A DNA stretch of 64,000 nucleotides from Candidatus Latescibacterota bacterium (GTDB lineage Bacteria > Latescibacterota > UBA2968 > UBA8231). The notes beneath the pieces are model-generated. The model searched no databases and had not been told where the DNA came from. It saw only the letters and a program-made list of their open reading frames with translations. Shown piece by piece: positions 49,765-58,728 of the stretch (within the stretch, counting starts at the first letter, position 1; each line of letters begins with the position of its first letter). The stretch is taken from assembly GCA_965208105.1 (NCBI GenBank), contig OZ242318.1:1856001-1920000 (forward strand), in the 5' to 3' direction. Position numbers and translations under genes: made by a program.

Positions 49765-51243
49765 ATGAAAGCCGCTCTGGCCCAATTCATCTTCGAAAGC
49801 AACACATTCGTCTCCGACTTGACCGAGAGCGACCTCTTCAGGAAGGGCGGGACCTGGCTGGACAGCGAAGAGGAGGTCCGCGCCTGGGCCTCCGGGACCG
49901 ACTCGCAGATGGCGGGCAGCCTCCAGGTCCTCGAAGCCGCTGGTTGGGAAACGGCCCCCTGCTTCGTCGCTCTCTGCGGCTCCCCCGCCGGCCGCATGAG
50001 CCGGGCCTGCTTTGGCGAAATAGCCGGCACCCTTCTTGCCCGGGTAGAGGCGACTGCGCCCTTCGACCTGCTCGTCCTTCACCTGCATGGGGCGTCGGCC
50101 GCGGTCGGCGAGGACGATCCCGAGGGACACATCCTCGAAATGCTGCGCACCGAACTCGGTTACCGGGGAAAGCTCGTTCTCTCCCTCGACCTTCACGCCA
50201 ACCTGACCCGGCGCATGCTGCAGCACGCCGACGCGGTCACCGCCTACCGCACCTACCCGCACATGGACTTCACCGCCACGGGGGAACGCGCCGCCCGTCT
50301 TGCCCTGCATCCCGGGCCTCTCACCCGGGCCGCGGCGAAAGTCGCGGCCATCATGTCTCCGGTGGACAGCACCCATTTCGAGGGACATTTCCGCGATCTT
50401 CTCGGCCGGGCGCGCCAACTGGAACGAAAGCACGACTCGGTCCTCGATGTATGCATCCTGCCCGTCCAGCCATGGATGGACGTGGACGAAATGGGCTCGT
50501 CCGTGGTGATTACGGCCACGGAGGACGGCGTCCCCCTCGATGAGCTGCGCGGGCTGGCGCGCCACTGGTACGGCCAGCGGCACCAATGGAAGAACCGGCT
50601 CTCCTCGTGGCCGGCCATCATGAAGAAGCTCGATCGCAGGGAATCCGAGCCCTGGATACTGGTCGACCCCGGTGACGCCACATCCGGAGGCTCCCCCGGC
50701 CGCAGCGCGGAGGCACTGCGGCGCCTGTTGCCTCGCAGGCACGATCTCCCCGGCAAGGTGCTGCTCTGGGTCGTCGACCCGCAGACCGCCGCCGCCGCCG
50801 AGGCGGGAGCGACCCGCTTCGCCACAGGGGACCCTCCTGTCGAATGGGAAGGACGGGTGCTGTGGACCGGAGAGGGCAACTACACGACCCGCGGAGGCGC
50901 CTACACCGGACAGAGCTTTTCCATGGGTAGAGCGGCGGTTATCGAGTCCGGGCAAATTCAGCTCGTGGCCTGCTCCTATCCGGCGCTGACACCCGATCCG
51001 GCATTCTACGAGTGCGTTGGTCTGCACCCCGACAGCGCGCTGGCGGTCATGTCCAAGAGCATGACGGGATGGATGGCGGCGTTCGACGCCGGATGGGATC
51101 GGGGCCTGCTGTTCGACGGTCCGGGAGCGTGCTCGCTGGATTTTGCCAGTATTCCCTTCAGAGGGAGCGGCAGGGGAATCTGGCCCGTTGAAGCGCGGCC
51201 GAGCCTTCCGATCGAAATCTGGGAACCGGACCCGGCTGGTTGA
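49765..51243 (+). CDS. M81 family metallopeptidase (MlrC-like)
   Basis: FESNTF, LHLHGA, DDPEG, LDLHAN, YRTYPHMDF, PWMDV, D..SGG.PG. Confidence 0.9.
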   Translation: MKAALAQFIFESNTFVSDLTESDLFRKGGTWLDSEEEVRAWASGTDSQMAGSLQVLEAAGWETAPCFVALCGSPAGRMSRACFGEIAGTLLARVEATAPFDLLVLHLHGASAAVGEDDPEGHILEMLRTELGYRGKLVLSLDLHANLTRRMLQHADAVTAYRTYPHMDFTATGERAARLALHPGPLTRAAAKVAAIMSPVDSTHFEGHFRDLLGRARQLERKHDSVLDVCILPVQPWMDVDEMGSSVVITATEDGVPLDELRGLARHWYGQRHQWKNRLSSWPAIMKKLDRRESEPWILVDPGDATSGGSPGRSAEALRRLLPRRHDLPGKVLLWVVDPQTAAAAEAGATRFATGDPPVEWEGRVLWTGEGNYTTRGGAYTGQSFSMGRAAVIESGQIQLVACSYPALTPDPAFYECVGLHPDSALAVMSKSMTGWMAAFDAGWDRGLLFDGPGACSLDFASIPFRGSGRGIWPVEARPSLPIEIWEPDPAG

Positions 51244-51348
51244 TCGATGACTCGTATCCCTGACTTCCCGGGACGATCGGGCGGAGGTTGGCGATTACCG
51301 CTGCCGAAGGGGGCGGAGGAAGGCGTGGAAGGGATCGGGAATGAAAGG

Positions 51349-51425
51349 TGGTGCACCCAGAAGGACTCGAACCCTCAACCTCCTGATCCGTAGTCAGGTG
51401 CTCTATCCAATTGAGCTATAGGTGC
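51349..51425 (-). tRNA. tRNA-Arg(ACG)
   Basis: Minus strand GCACCTATAGCTCAATTGGATAGAGCACCTGACTACGGATCAGG...GGTTCGAGTCC...GGGTGCACCA. Confidence 0.97.
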
Positions 51426-51474
51426 ACATTTTTCTGTGGAGGGGGAAACAAGATAGCCATTACCCCAATTCCGG

Positions 51475-52662
51475 TCAAGGCAGGCCGGGCCCATTCCCAT
51501 CCAGCACTTCGAGATACTTGTATCCCGAGCCGGTATTGAACAGCACGATGCGCTCGTCCGCTTCCACCAGGCCGCGCTCCTTGAGCCGGCGCAGTGCGGC
51601 CAGGGTGGCCCCGCCCTCGGGCGCCGCGAAAATTCCCGTATAGCGCGCCATCCGGCGCGTTTCCTCCAGCAACTCCGCGTCGCTGACAGCCACCGCACAG
51701 CCGCCGGTTTCACGCAGGGCACGCAGCATGAGAAAGTCTCCCACCGCAGAGGGCACCCTCAATCCCGCGGCGAGGGTATGCGCGTTCTCCCAGGCCTCGG
51801 CGCGGTCGGCGCCCCGGTCGAAGGCGCGGACAATAGGGGCGCAGCCCTCCGCCTGCACCGAGACCAGGCGGGGCCTGCGGCTGCCGATCCAGCCCATCTG
51901 CTCCATTTCGTCGAACGCCTTCCACATTCCCACCAGGCCGGTGCCGCCTCCCGTGGGATAGACAACCACGTCGGGCAGCTCCCAGTCGAACTGCTCGGCC
52001 AGCTCGTAGCCCATGGTCTTCTTGCCTTCGAGGCGGTAGGGTTCCTTCAAGGTCGACACGTCAAACCAGCCGGCCGCTTCCTTGCGCTCGGCGATAACCC
52101 GGCCGCAGTCGCCGATGAGGCCGTCGACCAATTCCACCTTCGCATCGCACGAACGGCATTCGATGCGGAAAGCGAGCGGCACGTCCCGGGGCATGAACAC
52201 GTGCGCTTCGAGTCCCGCCGCCGCCGCATACGCCGCCAGCGCCCCTCCGGCGTTGCCCGCCGAGGGAATGGCCAGCTTCTTCGCTCCGCGTTCGCGCGCG
52301 GCGGTAACTGCAGCGGCCTGTCCGCGGGCCTTGAAGGAGCCGGTGGGATTGAGTGACTCGTCCTTTATATAGAGCCTGTCGAAACCCGTCGCCGCGCCCA
52401 GGCGCTCCACGTGGTGCAACGGCGAATAACCTTCGCCCAAGGACACCACCTCGCCCGCGTCCTGCACCGGCAGCACCTCCAGGTAGCGCCACATGTCTGA
52501 CCGCCGGCGCGCCAGATCCGTCCTCTTCATCGACGCCGCGACCGCCTCCAGGTCGTAACGCGCCAGCAGGGGAGCGCCCTCCCGCGAGAGGTTCTGCAGC
52601 TCGTAGGCATCGTAGCGCTCGCCGCTGCGGCCGCATTCCAGGTGGGTGAGATACCGTTTCAT
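51475..52662 (-). CDS. thrC: Threonine synthase
   Basis: VSLGEG.SPL, KDESLNPTGSFKARG, SAGNAG, EPYRLEGKKTMGYE, YPTGGGTG, NTGSGYKY. Confidence 0.92.
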   Translation of the reverse strand: MKRYLTHLECGRSGERYDAYELQNLSREGAPLLARYDLEAVAASMKRTDLARRRSDMWRYLEVLPVQDAGEVVSLGEGYSPLHHVERLGAATGFDRLYIKDESLNPTGSFKARGQAAAVTAARERGAKKLAIPSAGNAGGALAAYAAAAGLEAHVFMPRDVPLAFRIECRSCDAKVELVDGLIGDCGRVIAERKEAAGWFDVSTLKEPYRLEGKKTMGYELAEQFDWELPDVVVYPTGGGTGLVGMWKAFDEMEQMGWIGSRRPRLVSVQAEGCAPIVRAFDRGADRAEAWENAHTLAAGLRVPSAVGDFLMLRALRETGGCAVAVSDAELLEETRRMARYTGIFAAPEGGATLAALRRLKERGLVEADERIVLFNTGSGYKYLEVLDGNGPGLP

Positions 52663-53246
52663 CTCTCCAGGTACAGACCTTTCTCCTCGATGTAACCCTC
52701 GACCTTGTCGGGCACCATGGCGCGGACCGAGAGTCCGAGCGCGCGGCGCCTGCGGATCTGGGTAGAGGACAGATCGATCACCGGAGTGTCGATGGATACC
52801 ATCCTCCTGCCCAGGGCGGGATCGACCTGCGCGGTCGCGCTGGAGCGCGACCCGGCCACCACGGTGCACAATTCCAGTATGCCGGCCGGGTTGTACCAGG
52901 TGGCCATCTGGGCCGAATTATCGGATCCGAGAATCAGGAACAGTTCGCTCCGGGGACAATCGGCGCGAAGCTGCTCGAGGGTGTCGTAGGTATAGGATTT
53001 TCCCGGCCGGTCCAGCTCGATGCGGGAGCTTCGAAAGCATGGAAAGCCCTCGATGGCCAATTCGACCATGGCCAGGCGGTCGGCGGCGGGGGCCATGTCG
53101 CTGCGATCTTCCTTGTGGGGAGGGTCTGCAGCGGGAATGAAGAGCACTGCGTCCAGCAGCAGCTTCTCCTGGACGAACTGTGCGAGAAGCAGATGGCCGA
53201 TGTGGATGGGGTCGAAGGTGCCGCCCATGACTCCCAGGCGCCGCAT
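52659..53246 (-). CDS. nadD: Nicotinate-nucleotide adenylyltransferase
   Basis: GGTFDPIHIGH, PPHK, SYTYDTL, ILGSD, LSSTQIR. Confidence 0.96.
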   Translation of the reverse strand: MRRLGVMGGTFDPIHIGHLLLAQFVQEKLLLDAVLFIPAADPPHKEDRSDMAPAADRLAMVELAIEGFPCFRSSRIELDRPGKSYTYDTLEQLRADCPRSELFLILGSDNSAQMATWYNPAGILELCTVVAGSRSSATAQVDPALGRRMVSIDTPVIDLSSTQIRRRRALGLSVRAMVPDKVEGYIEEKGLYLER

Positions 53247-53250
53247 GTCA

Positions 53251-54027
53251 TCAACCTCCTTGCGCCAACTCCAGCTCTTTCAGCTGCACTTCGACCTTCT
53301 GCTTGAGCTTCTCGTCCTCGTTTCCGTCTTCCAGGACCTCCTCCCAGTAGGTTCGGGCCTGCTGAGGGTCCTCCTGCCTCAGGGCAATTTCGCCCATGCG
53401 AGCCAGGGCCTTGTAGTACCACTGGGTGTCCGAATAGTTGCGCAGCACCTGCTTGAAGGTGATTGAAGCGGCCTCCAGATGGTTCTGGCGAAAGTAGAGA
53501 TCGGCGTTCAGGTACTGCTTCTTTGCCAGGCGGCTGCGGCAGGAAGAGATGCGCTCGCGCGCATCTTCGACCAGGGGACTGTCGGGATTGTCCTCTATGA
53601 AAGCGCGGAAACGGACGAGCGCCTCATAGGTCTCCGTCTGGTCCAGCTCGGACCGGCGCAGCTGCTCGAAATAGGACTCGGCTATTTTGAACTGCGCCTG
53701 CTCCACCCACTTGCTGGAGAGGTAGACGTCCATGACGCGCTGGTATCCGACGATGGCGCTCATGTAGTCCCTGTTGCAAAGATGGGCCTCGGCCAGGTGA
53801 TACTGAGCATCTGCGACCAGGTGGAATCCCGGGTAGTTGGTCACTATGCGCTGGAAATGCTCCGCCGCCTTGGTGCATCTTCCGGCCTCCAGGGCTTTCA
53901 TGCCTTCGTCGAAATAGAACTCGGCGGTCTTCAGGTTGGTTATCCCGGAACTGGCGCATCCCCACAGCACGCCCAGGCCCAGCAGCAGGAAAATTCTGAA
54001 ATTCGATCCCATTTTCGCAGACTTCAC
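53251..54027 (-). CDS. bamD: Outer membrane protein assembly factor BamD
   Basis: Lipobox LWGC; TPR repeats; ELDQTET..A...FR.FIED.PDS; LAKKQY..A.LY. Confidence 0.88.
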   Translation of the reverse strand: MKSAKMGSNFRIFLLLGLGVLWGCASSGITNLKTAEFYFDEGMKALEAGRCTKAAEHFQRIVTNYPGFHLVADAQYHLAEAHLCNRDYMSAIVGYQRVMDVYLSSKWVEQAQFKIAESYFEQLRRSELDQTETYEALVRFRAFIEDNPDSPLVEDARERISSCRSRLAKKQYLNADLYFRQNHLEAASITFKQVLRNYSDTQWYYKALARMGEIALRQEDPQQARTYWEEVLEDGNEDEKLKQKVEVQLKELELAQGG

Positions 54028-54052
54028 TCCATCACTCGAGCGCGCAGGCGCC

Positions 54053-54691
54053 TCAACGATTGGAAAAAAAGAGATAGACCAACCCCCCCAGAACGGTGGA
54101 GACGATCACAGGTTCGACGAACTTGCCCAGGCTTTGTTCCTCTACTTCAGTTCGCGCAAAAGCATAGCTGGAATGCTGCAGGAACTCCATCTTGTTCCTG
54201 GGAATGCGGTCCTGTCTTTGCACGGTCTCCTCGCACTGCCCGTAGAGGACCTCGTTTCCGCGGTCGCTCAGGCGCAATGCCAGGGTCGCCCGGCTCCGGC
54301 GCCGGACCTCCCCGCCGCGCAGGCCTGAGCTGCCGGCTATGCCGAGGTCGACGATGCGGTAGGACAGCCGCATGGTCTCCGAGGGAGCCGAGGTGGAATC
54401 CAGGACGACCTCGAAGCCGGACTGCAGCAGGCGCTCGCACAGAATGTGGTCCGCCATCCAGTTCGCCGAGTGCTCCGACTGCGCCTCGATCAGCAGAGGG
54501 CCGTGCAGGGGCTCCGCGCCCTCCATGGACTGCAGCTTCGCCAGGGCCCGGGCGGCGGCCTGGTCCAGCGTCTCGGCCACGAAGTCCAGGTTGGTTGGCA
54601 ACGGCACCGCACCGAGGGTCGGGGCCAGGGCCAGCAACAGGATCAGGACGCGGATGGAAGCCACGGATGGATTCTCCAGGCTGAGGCTCAT
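54053..54691 (-). CDS. Hypothetical exported protein with C-terminal membrane anchor
   Basis: Signal peptide; ends FVEPVIVSTVLGGLVYLFFSNR; ATGA overlap with cpoB. Confidence 0.7.
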   Translation of the reverse strand: MSLSLENPSVASIRVLILLLALAPTLGAVPLPTNLDFVAETLDQAAARALAKLQSMEGAEPLHGPLLIEAQSEHSANWMADHILCERLLQSGFEVVLDSTSAPSETMRLSYRIVDLGIAGSSGLRGGEVRRRSRATLALRLSDRGNEVLYGQCEETVQRQDRIPRNKMEFLQHSSYAFARTEVEEQSLGKFVEPVIVSTVLGGLVYLFFSNR

Positions 54692-55413
54692 GGGCCCTGC
54701 AGGTGGCCGATCTCGCCGCGGGCAGTGGCTGCGTACTCGCTGTCCGGGTATTCCTCCAGGAGCTTGCGGAAAGCCTCGATAGCCTTCTGCGTATCGCCCA
54801 GGGCCAGGTGGCAGCGGGCGATCTTCAACTGGGCATCGTCGGCTTTCTCCGTCCTGGGGAATGCGAAAATCTTGGCGAACTCGATAAGACCCTGGCCGTA
54901 CTTGCCCATGCCGTAATAACATTCGCCCTTCCAGTACTGGGCATTATCGGCCCACTCGCTGTAGGGCGCCATGTTGAGAATCTTGTCGAAAAGCTTGACT
55001 GCATCATCGTAGCGGCGCTCGCGGTATGCGTCCCGGCCCGTGCGATAGATCGCATGGACCTCGGATTCATCTTCGAGGAGGGTTTCCTGCCCCCCTGCCA
55101 GGTTCGGCAACCGCACTGCCTGGCCGGAATCGAATCCCCCCTTGGAGCCCGTTGCCTGCGCGCTCAGCTTCGCCATCTCTTCGCGCAGCCGGCCGTAGGA
55201 CTCCTCGACCTTGGCCAGGCGCGCCGCCAGGGACCGCTCGCGCTCGTAGGCAGCATCCAGAGCGCGCTTCATGGACTCCATCTCCTCCCGGGGAGTCGCC
55301 TCGCCCGAGGCCGTGCGCTGGCCCCCGGCCTGGTTTGTGCCGGCGCAGGACGCCAGGGCCAGGACGAGCACTGCTCCCAGCGGCAATAGGGCCGTTCTTG
55401 CGATTGTGGTCAT
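54688..55413 (-). CDS. cpoB: Tol-Pal system CpoB/YbgF-like TPR lipoprotein
   Basis: Lipobox LASC; coiled coil; ADNAQYWKGECYY, KADDAQLKIA, LLEEYPDS. Confidence 0.82.
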   Translation of the reverse strand: MTTIARTALLPLGAVLVLALASCAGTNQAGGQRTASGEATPREEMESMKRALDAAYERERSLAARLAKVEESYGRLREEMAKLSAQATGSKGGFDSGQAVRLPNLAGGQETLLEDESEVHAIYRTGRDAYRERRYDDAVKLFDKILNMAPYSEWADNAQYWKGECYYGMGKYGQGLIEFAKIFAFPRTEKADDAQLKIARCHLALGDTQKAIEAFRKLLEEYPDSEYAATARGEIGHLQGP

Positions 55414-55599
55414 GATTATCCTTCGCTCGATGACGGGGAGCGCGGGGAAAACGACGGAAGATTCCGGCGTCGGGAAACAACCCGATGAATTGGGTGCCAT
55501 GGCCGTTCGGCTTGAGTAACAGGGACCACACATTGCGCCCGGGAGAAGGGCGGCAATGGCCCTGTTCGTCCGGGGAGAGTCCGGCTGACGACAGCGAAA

Positions 55600-56082
55600 T
55601 CAATCCCCTGTCTCTCTGGCCTTTTCGATCAACGTCGATGTGGAAAATCCCGGGCGCAGGGAAAGGGCGCAAACCCTGCCGCCGGATTCCTCAACCCTCT
55701 CGCGGCCGACGATTTCCTCGATGCTGTAGTCCCCTCCCTTCACCAGGATGTCTGGCAGGACATCCGCCACCAGGCTCTCGACGCTCACCTCGTCAAATAT
55801 ACACACGTGAGACACGGATCGCATCTCCGCAAGAAGGGCCGCCCGGTCTCCCTGGGACACGAGCGGCCGGCCGGGGCCCTTCAGGGCCCTCACGCTGGAA
55901 TCGCTGTTGAGTCCCACCACGAGCACGTCTCCCAGTTCCCCGGCCTCGCGCAGGTACTCGACGTGGCCGCGGTGCAGGATTTCGAAACACCCGTTGGTGA
56001 ACACCACCTTCTTGCCCTGCCGGCGCCAGAGTCGGCGCAGGGCTATCAACTGCGGACGGGAAACGATCGCGGCAGGGGCCAT
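55600..56082 (-). CDS. rfaE2: D-glycero-beta-D-manno-heptose 1-phosphate adenylyltransferase
   Basis: VVFTNGCFEILHRGH, VGLNSDSSV..LKG..RP, PDILVKGGDY, STSTLIE. Confidence 0.93.
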   Translation of the reverse strand: MAPAAIVSRPQLIALRRLWRRQGKKVVFTNGCFEILHRGHVEYLREAGELGDVLVVGLNSDSSVRALKGPGRPLVSQGDRAALLAEMRSVSHVCIFDEVSVESLVADVLPDILVKGGDYSIEEIVGRERVEESGGRVCALSLRPGFSTSTLIEKARETGD

Positions 56083-56255
56083 TTCAGACCTCTCCCGAAC
56101 GGTCCGTCCATGCCCGTGGTGCTCCGGGGAGGTCCACTCTGAGGGAGGCGGAAAGGGGGAATTTCGACGGGAAGGCGCCAGCGCTGAAATCTCTCCGCCC
56201 GTGCCCTGGCGGCGGCAAGGCCCGGACTTCAGGCACCGGCGGCAGGCGGAAAGTA

Positions 56256-56333
56256 TGGGGTGAGTGACGGGACTTGAACCCGCGGCCTCCTGGGCCACAA
56301 CCAGACGCTCTAACCACCTGAGCTACACTCACC
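56256..56333 (-). tRNA. tRNA-His(GTG)
   Basis: Minus strand G(-1)GTGAGTGTAGCTCAG...TTGTGGC...GGTTCAAGTCC...CACTCACCCCA. Confidence 0.96.
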
Positions 56334-56506
56334 ATGCGATCGGCTGGAGCCCTCCGGACTCCAAGGAAGATAAAATGACTTGCAGCAGGGATCGCAAAGC
56401 GCTACTTCTTTTCTTGATAAGCGCCGAAATATAGGTATAATTGCAGGAAGGAGCAAGCTGCGGCCTGCCGCGAAATGGATCCCCTGAGTTGAAGAGAAGA
56501 GACCTC

Positions 56507-57334
56507 ATGGTCGGAGCCTTCAGGCTGAGTCTCCCGGTCTGGGCGCTTTGCATCGCCGCTGCCGGGGGACAGGAGGAGATGGTCCTGAAATCACCTGCCG
56601 GTACCGAACACCTGATGGTCCTGGTGCCGGCGGGGGAGTTCACCATGGGATCCGACCAGGGTGAGGCCGACGAGCGCCCGGAGCACGTGGTGCACCTTAA
56701 CGCGTTCTACTGCGACAAGTACGAGGTGACCAACGCCCAGTACCTGGCTTTTTTGAACGCCACAGCCGCCAACGCCGACGCCGAGGGCCACAGGTTGATG
56801 GAGCTCGATGACAGCGGCGCGCAGATCCGCGGCGCCGGCGAGTCGTTCGAGCTGAAGTCCGCCGCAGTAGCCCGGCGTCCGGTCGTCGAGGTGTCCTGGC
56901 AAGGTGCCATGGCCTACTGCGAATGGATGGGCGGACGCCTTCCCACCGAGGCGGAGTGGGAGAAGGCGGCGCGGGGAACAGATGGACGAAGGTATCCCTG
57001 GGGAGCCCGGATCGACCGTCCCAAGGCCAACTACAAGGGGCTTTTCAGCACGGCCGTGGAGGTTGGCAGCTATCCTCAGGGAAGCTCCCCTTACGGGATC
57101 TGCGACATGGCCGGAAACGTGTGGGAATGGGTGGCGGACTGGTACTCCAGCGCCTACTACGCCGAGAGCCCCCAGCGCAATCCGGCAGGTCCCGAGAGCG
57201 GCACCTTCCGCATAATCAGGGGCGGAGCATGGGGGACGGACGGTGCCTATCTGAGAACCTCCTACCGCATGGGACTTTCTCCTGAGAGTACGGACGACTC
57301 CATAGGCTTCCGCTGCGCGCGCGACGCGCCCTAG
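56507..57334 (+). CDS. Formylglycine-generating enzyme (FGE-sulfatase/SUMF1) domain protein, secreted
   Basis: GEFTMG, E.PEH.V, YEVTNAQY, PVVEVSW, RLPTEAEWEKAARG, DMAGNVWEW, RGGAW, GFRCA; lacks the catalytic FGE Cys pair. Confidence 0.9.
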   Translation: MVGAFRLSLPVWALCIAAAGGQEEMVLKSPAGTEHLMVLVPAGEFTMGSDQGEADERPEHVVHLNAFYCDKYEVTNAQYLAFLNATAANADAEGHRLMELDDSGAQIRGAGESFELKSAAVARRPVVEVSWQGAMAYCEWMGGRLPTEAEWEKAARGTDGRRYPWGARIDRPKANYKGLFSTAVEVGSYPQGSSPYGICDMAGNVWEWVADWYSSAYYAESPQRNPAGPESGTFRIIRGGAWGTDGAYLRTSYRMGLSPESTDDSIGFRCARDAP

Positions 57335-57495
57335 TGCCTGCTTGCGTAAGTAAGCGTACGAACGAGGCTCAGAAGCGCCCGGCTCGCAAGGCGCCTGAGC
57401 GAGTCGTACCTGGAGTGTACGGCGAGGGAGGGCAACGCCGCGAGCCGGGATGCAGCGGCGGCCGAATTCACGCGGAATTGCGCAAGCAGGCACTA
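57332..57495 (+). repeat. Palindromic MITE-like repeat, copy 2 (164 bp, TA-flanked)
   Basis: Perfect terminal IR CTAGTGCCTGCTTGCG (57331-57346) / CGCAAGCAGGCACTAG (57481-57496); core shared with copy 1; left end supplies the stop codon of the FGE-domain gene. Confidence 0.88.
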
Positions 57496-57624
57496 GCATG
57501 CGCCTCGTCCGGCGCACCGGTTCCGTCCGCGGGATCCATTCCGTTCCCCGACTTTCCAGGCAGCCGCATCGGGCACCGCGAAGAATCCGGGATCGTCTCG
57601 AGCGGAAATAAAAAGGAGAATTCA

Positions 57625-57759
57625 ATGAGCTCTATTGAGAGATGGATCATGGCAGTCATCCTCGGCCTCGGAGCACTCTACCTGTTCGGATATAATGCCC
57701 TGTACTTGTTCGCCGTCGCCGCCCTGATATACCTTTTCACCCGGGCCAGGAGGCGGTGA
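57625..57759 (+). CDS. Small membrane protein (44 aa)
   Basis: Strong SD AAGGAG; MSSIERWIMAVILGLGALYLFGYNALYLFAVAALIYLFTRARRR. Confidence 0.7.
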   Translation: MSSIERWIMAVILGLGALYLFGYNALYLFAVAALIYLFTRARRR

Positions 57760-57788
57760 CCCGCCCCTTCAATGGAGAGGACAATGCG

Positions 57789-58664
57789 GTGAAGTTGAAA
57801 ATCGCCACCTGCCAGTTTCCCGTCAGCCGGGACATAGAGCGCAACTTCAGCTACGTCGTGCGCCAGGTGAAGTACGCAAGGCAGCGGGGAGCCCGTCTGG
57901 CGCATTTTTCGGAAACCTGCCTGGGAGGATACGCCGGAGTCGACCTCCCCTCCTTCAAGAACTACGACTGGGACCTTTTGCGCCGGCGCACCCGGGAGGT
58001 CGCCGACCTTTGCCGCGAGTTGAAGCTCTGGGTCATCCTCGGGTCCAACCACCGCCTCAGCGGCAGTCACAAGCCGCACAACAGCCTCTACGTGATCGAC
58101 GACCGCGGCTCCGTAATAGACCGCTACGACAAGATGTTCTGCACCGGAAAGTCGGGCTCGATTCCGGGCGATCTGGACTTCTACAGCCCGGGGTCGCGGC
58201 TGGTCACCTTCGAGATCGGATCGATCAGGTGCGGCCTGCAGATTTGTCACGACTTCCGCTACCAGGAGCTGTACAGGGAATACAAGAAGCGCGGCGTAGA
58301 TCTCGTCTTTCACTCCTATCACAACGGGGGCATGACTGCCGCAAAGAAAAGGGACTTCAGGGACGTCTGGGGGGTAATGGTTGCGGCGACCATGCAGACC
58401 TACGCGGCCAACAACTACATGTGGATCAGCGTCAACAACACCACCAGACGCGAGAGCAGCGGTTCCAGCTTCGTGGTCCGGCCCGACGGCCTGATCGGAG
58501 GCAGGCTGCCCCTGCACCGGACCGGGGTATTGATATCCACCATCGACTCGAGGAAGAAATTCTACGATGCCTCGGAGGCGTGGCGCGGGCGCGCCATGAG
58601 AGGATTGTACCACAGCGGAATCCTGGTGCGCGACAGGAGATCGGCGGACAGGACCGCAATCTAG
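57789..58664 (+). CDS. Carbon-nitrogen hydrolase (nitrilase superfamily)
   Basis: E-K-C triad: FSETCLGGY, RYDKMF, QICHDFRYQE; GTG start after GGAGAGG. Confidence 0.9.
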   Translation: MKLKIATCQFPVSRDIERNFSYVVRQVKYARQRGARLAHFSETCLGGYAGVDLPSFKNYDWDLLRRRTREVADLCRELKLWVILGSNHRLSGSHKPHNSLYVIDDRGSVIDRYDKMFCTGKSGSIPGDLDFYSPGSRLVTFEIGSIRCGLQICHDFRYQELYREYKKRGVDLVFHSYHNGGMTAAKKRDFRDVWGVMVAATMQTYAANNYMWISVNNTTRRESSGSSFVVRPDGLIGGRLPLHRTGVLISTIDSRKKFYDASEAWRGRAMRGLYHSGILVRDRRSADRTAI

Positions 58665-58700
58665 TGTCCCCTCGCAGAGATAGGTTGACGCAATTGGGCC
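58662..58700 (+). repeat. Truncated left end of the same repeat family (copy 3)
   Basis: TAGTGTCCCCTCGCAGAGATAGGTTGACGCAATTGGGCC; 27 nt identical to 29864-29890; TAG is the nitrilase stop. Confidence 0.8.
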
Positions 58701-58728
58701 TCGGGATAACACTGAGGGGAGGACCTCC

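Noticed and set aside
56507-57334. True formylglycine-generating enzyme
   Set aside because: Lacks the catalytic cysteine pair after RGG; treated as a non-catalytic FGE-fold protein.
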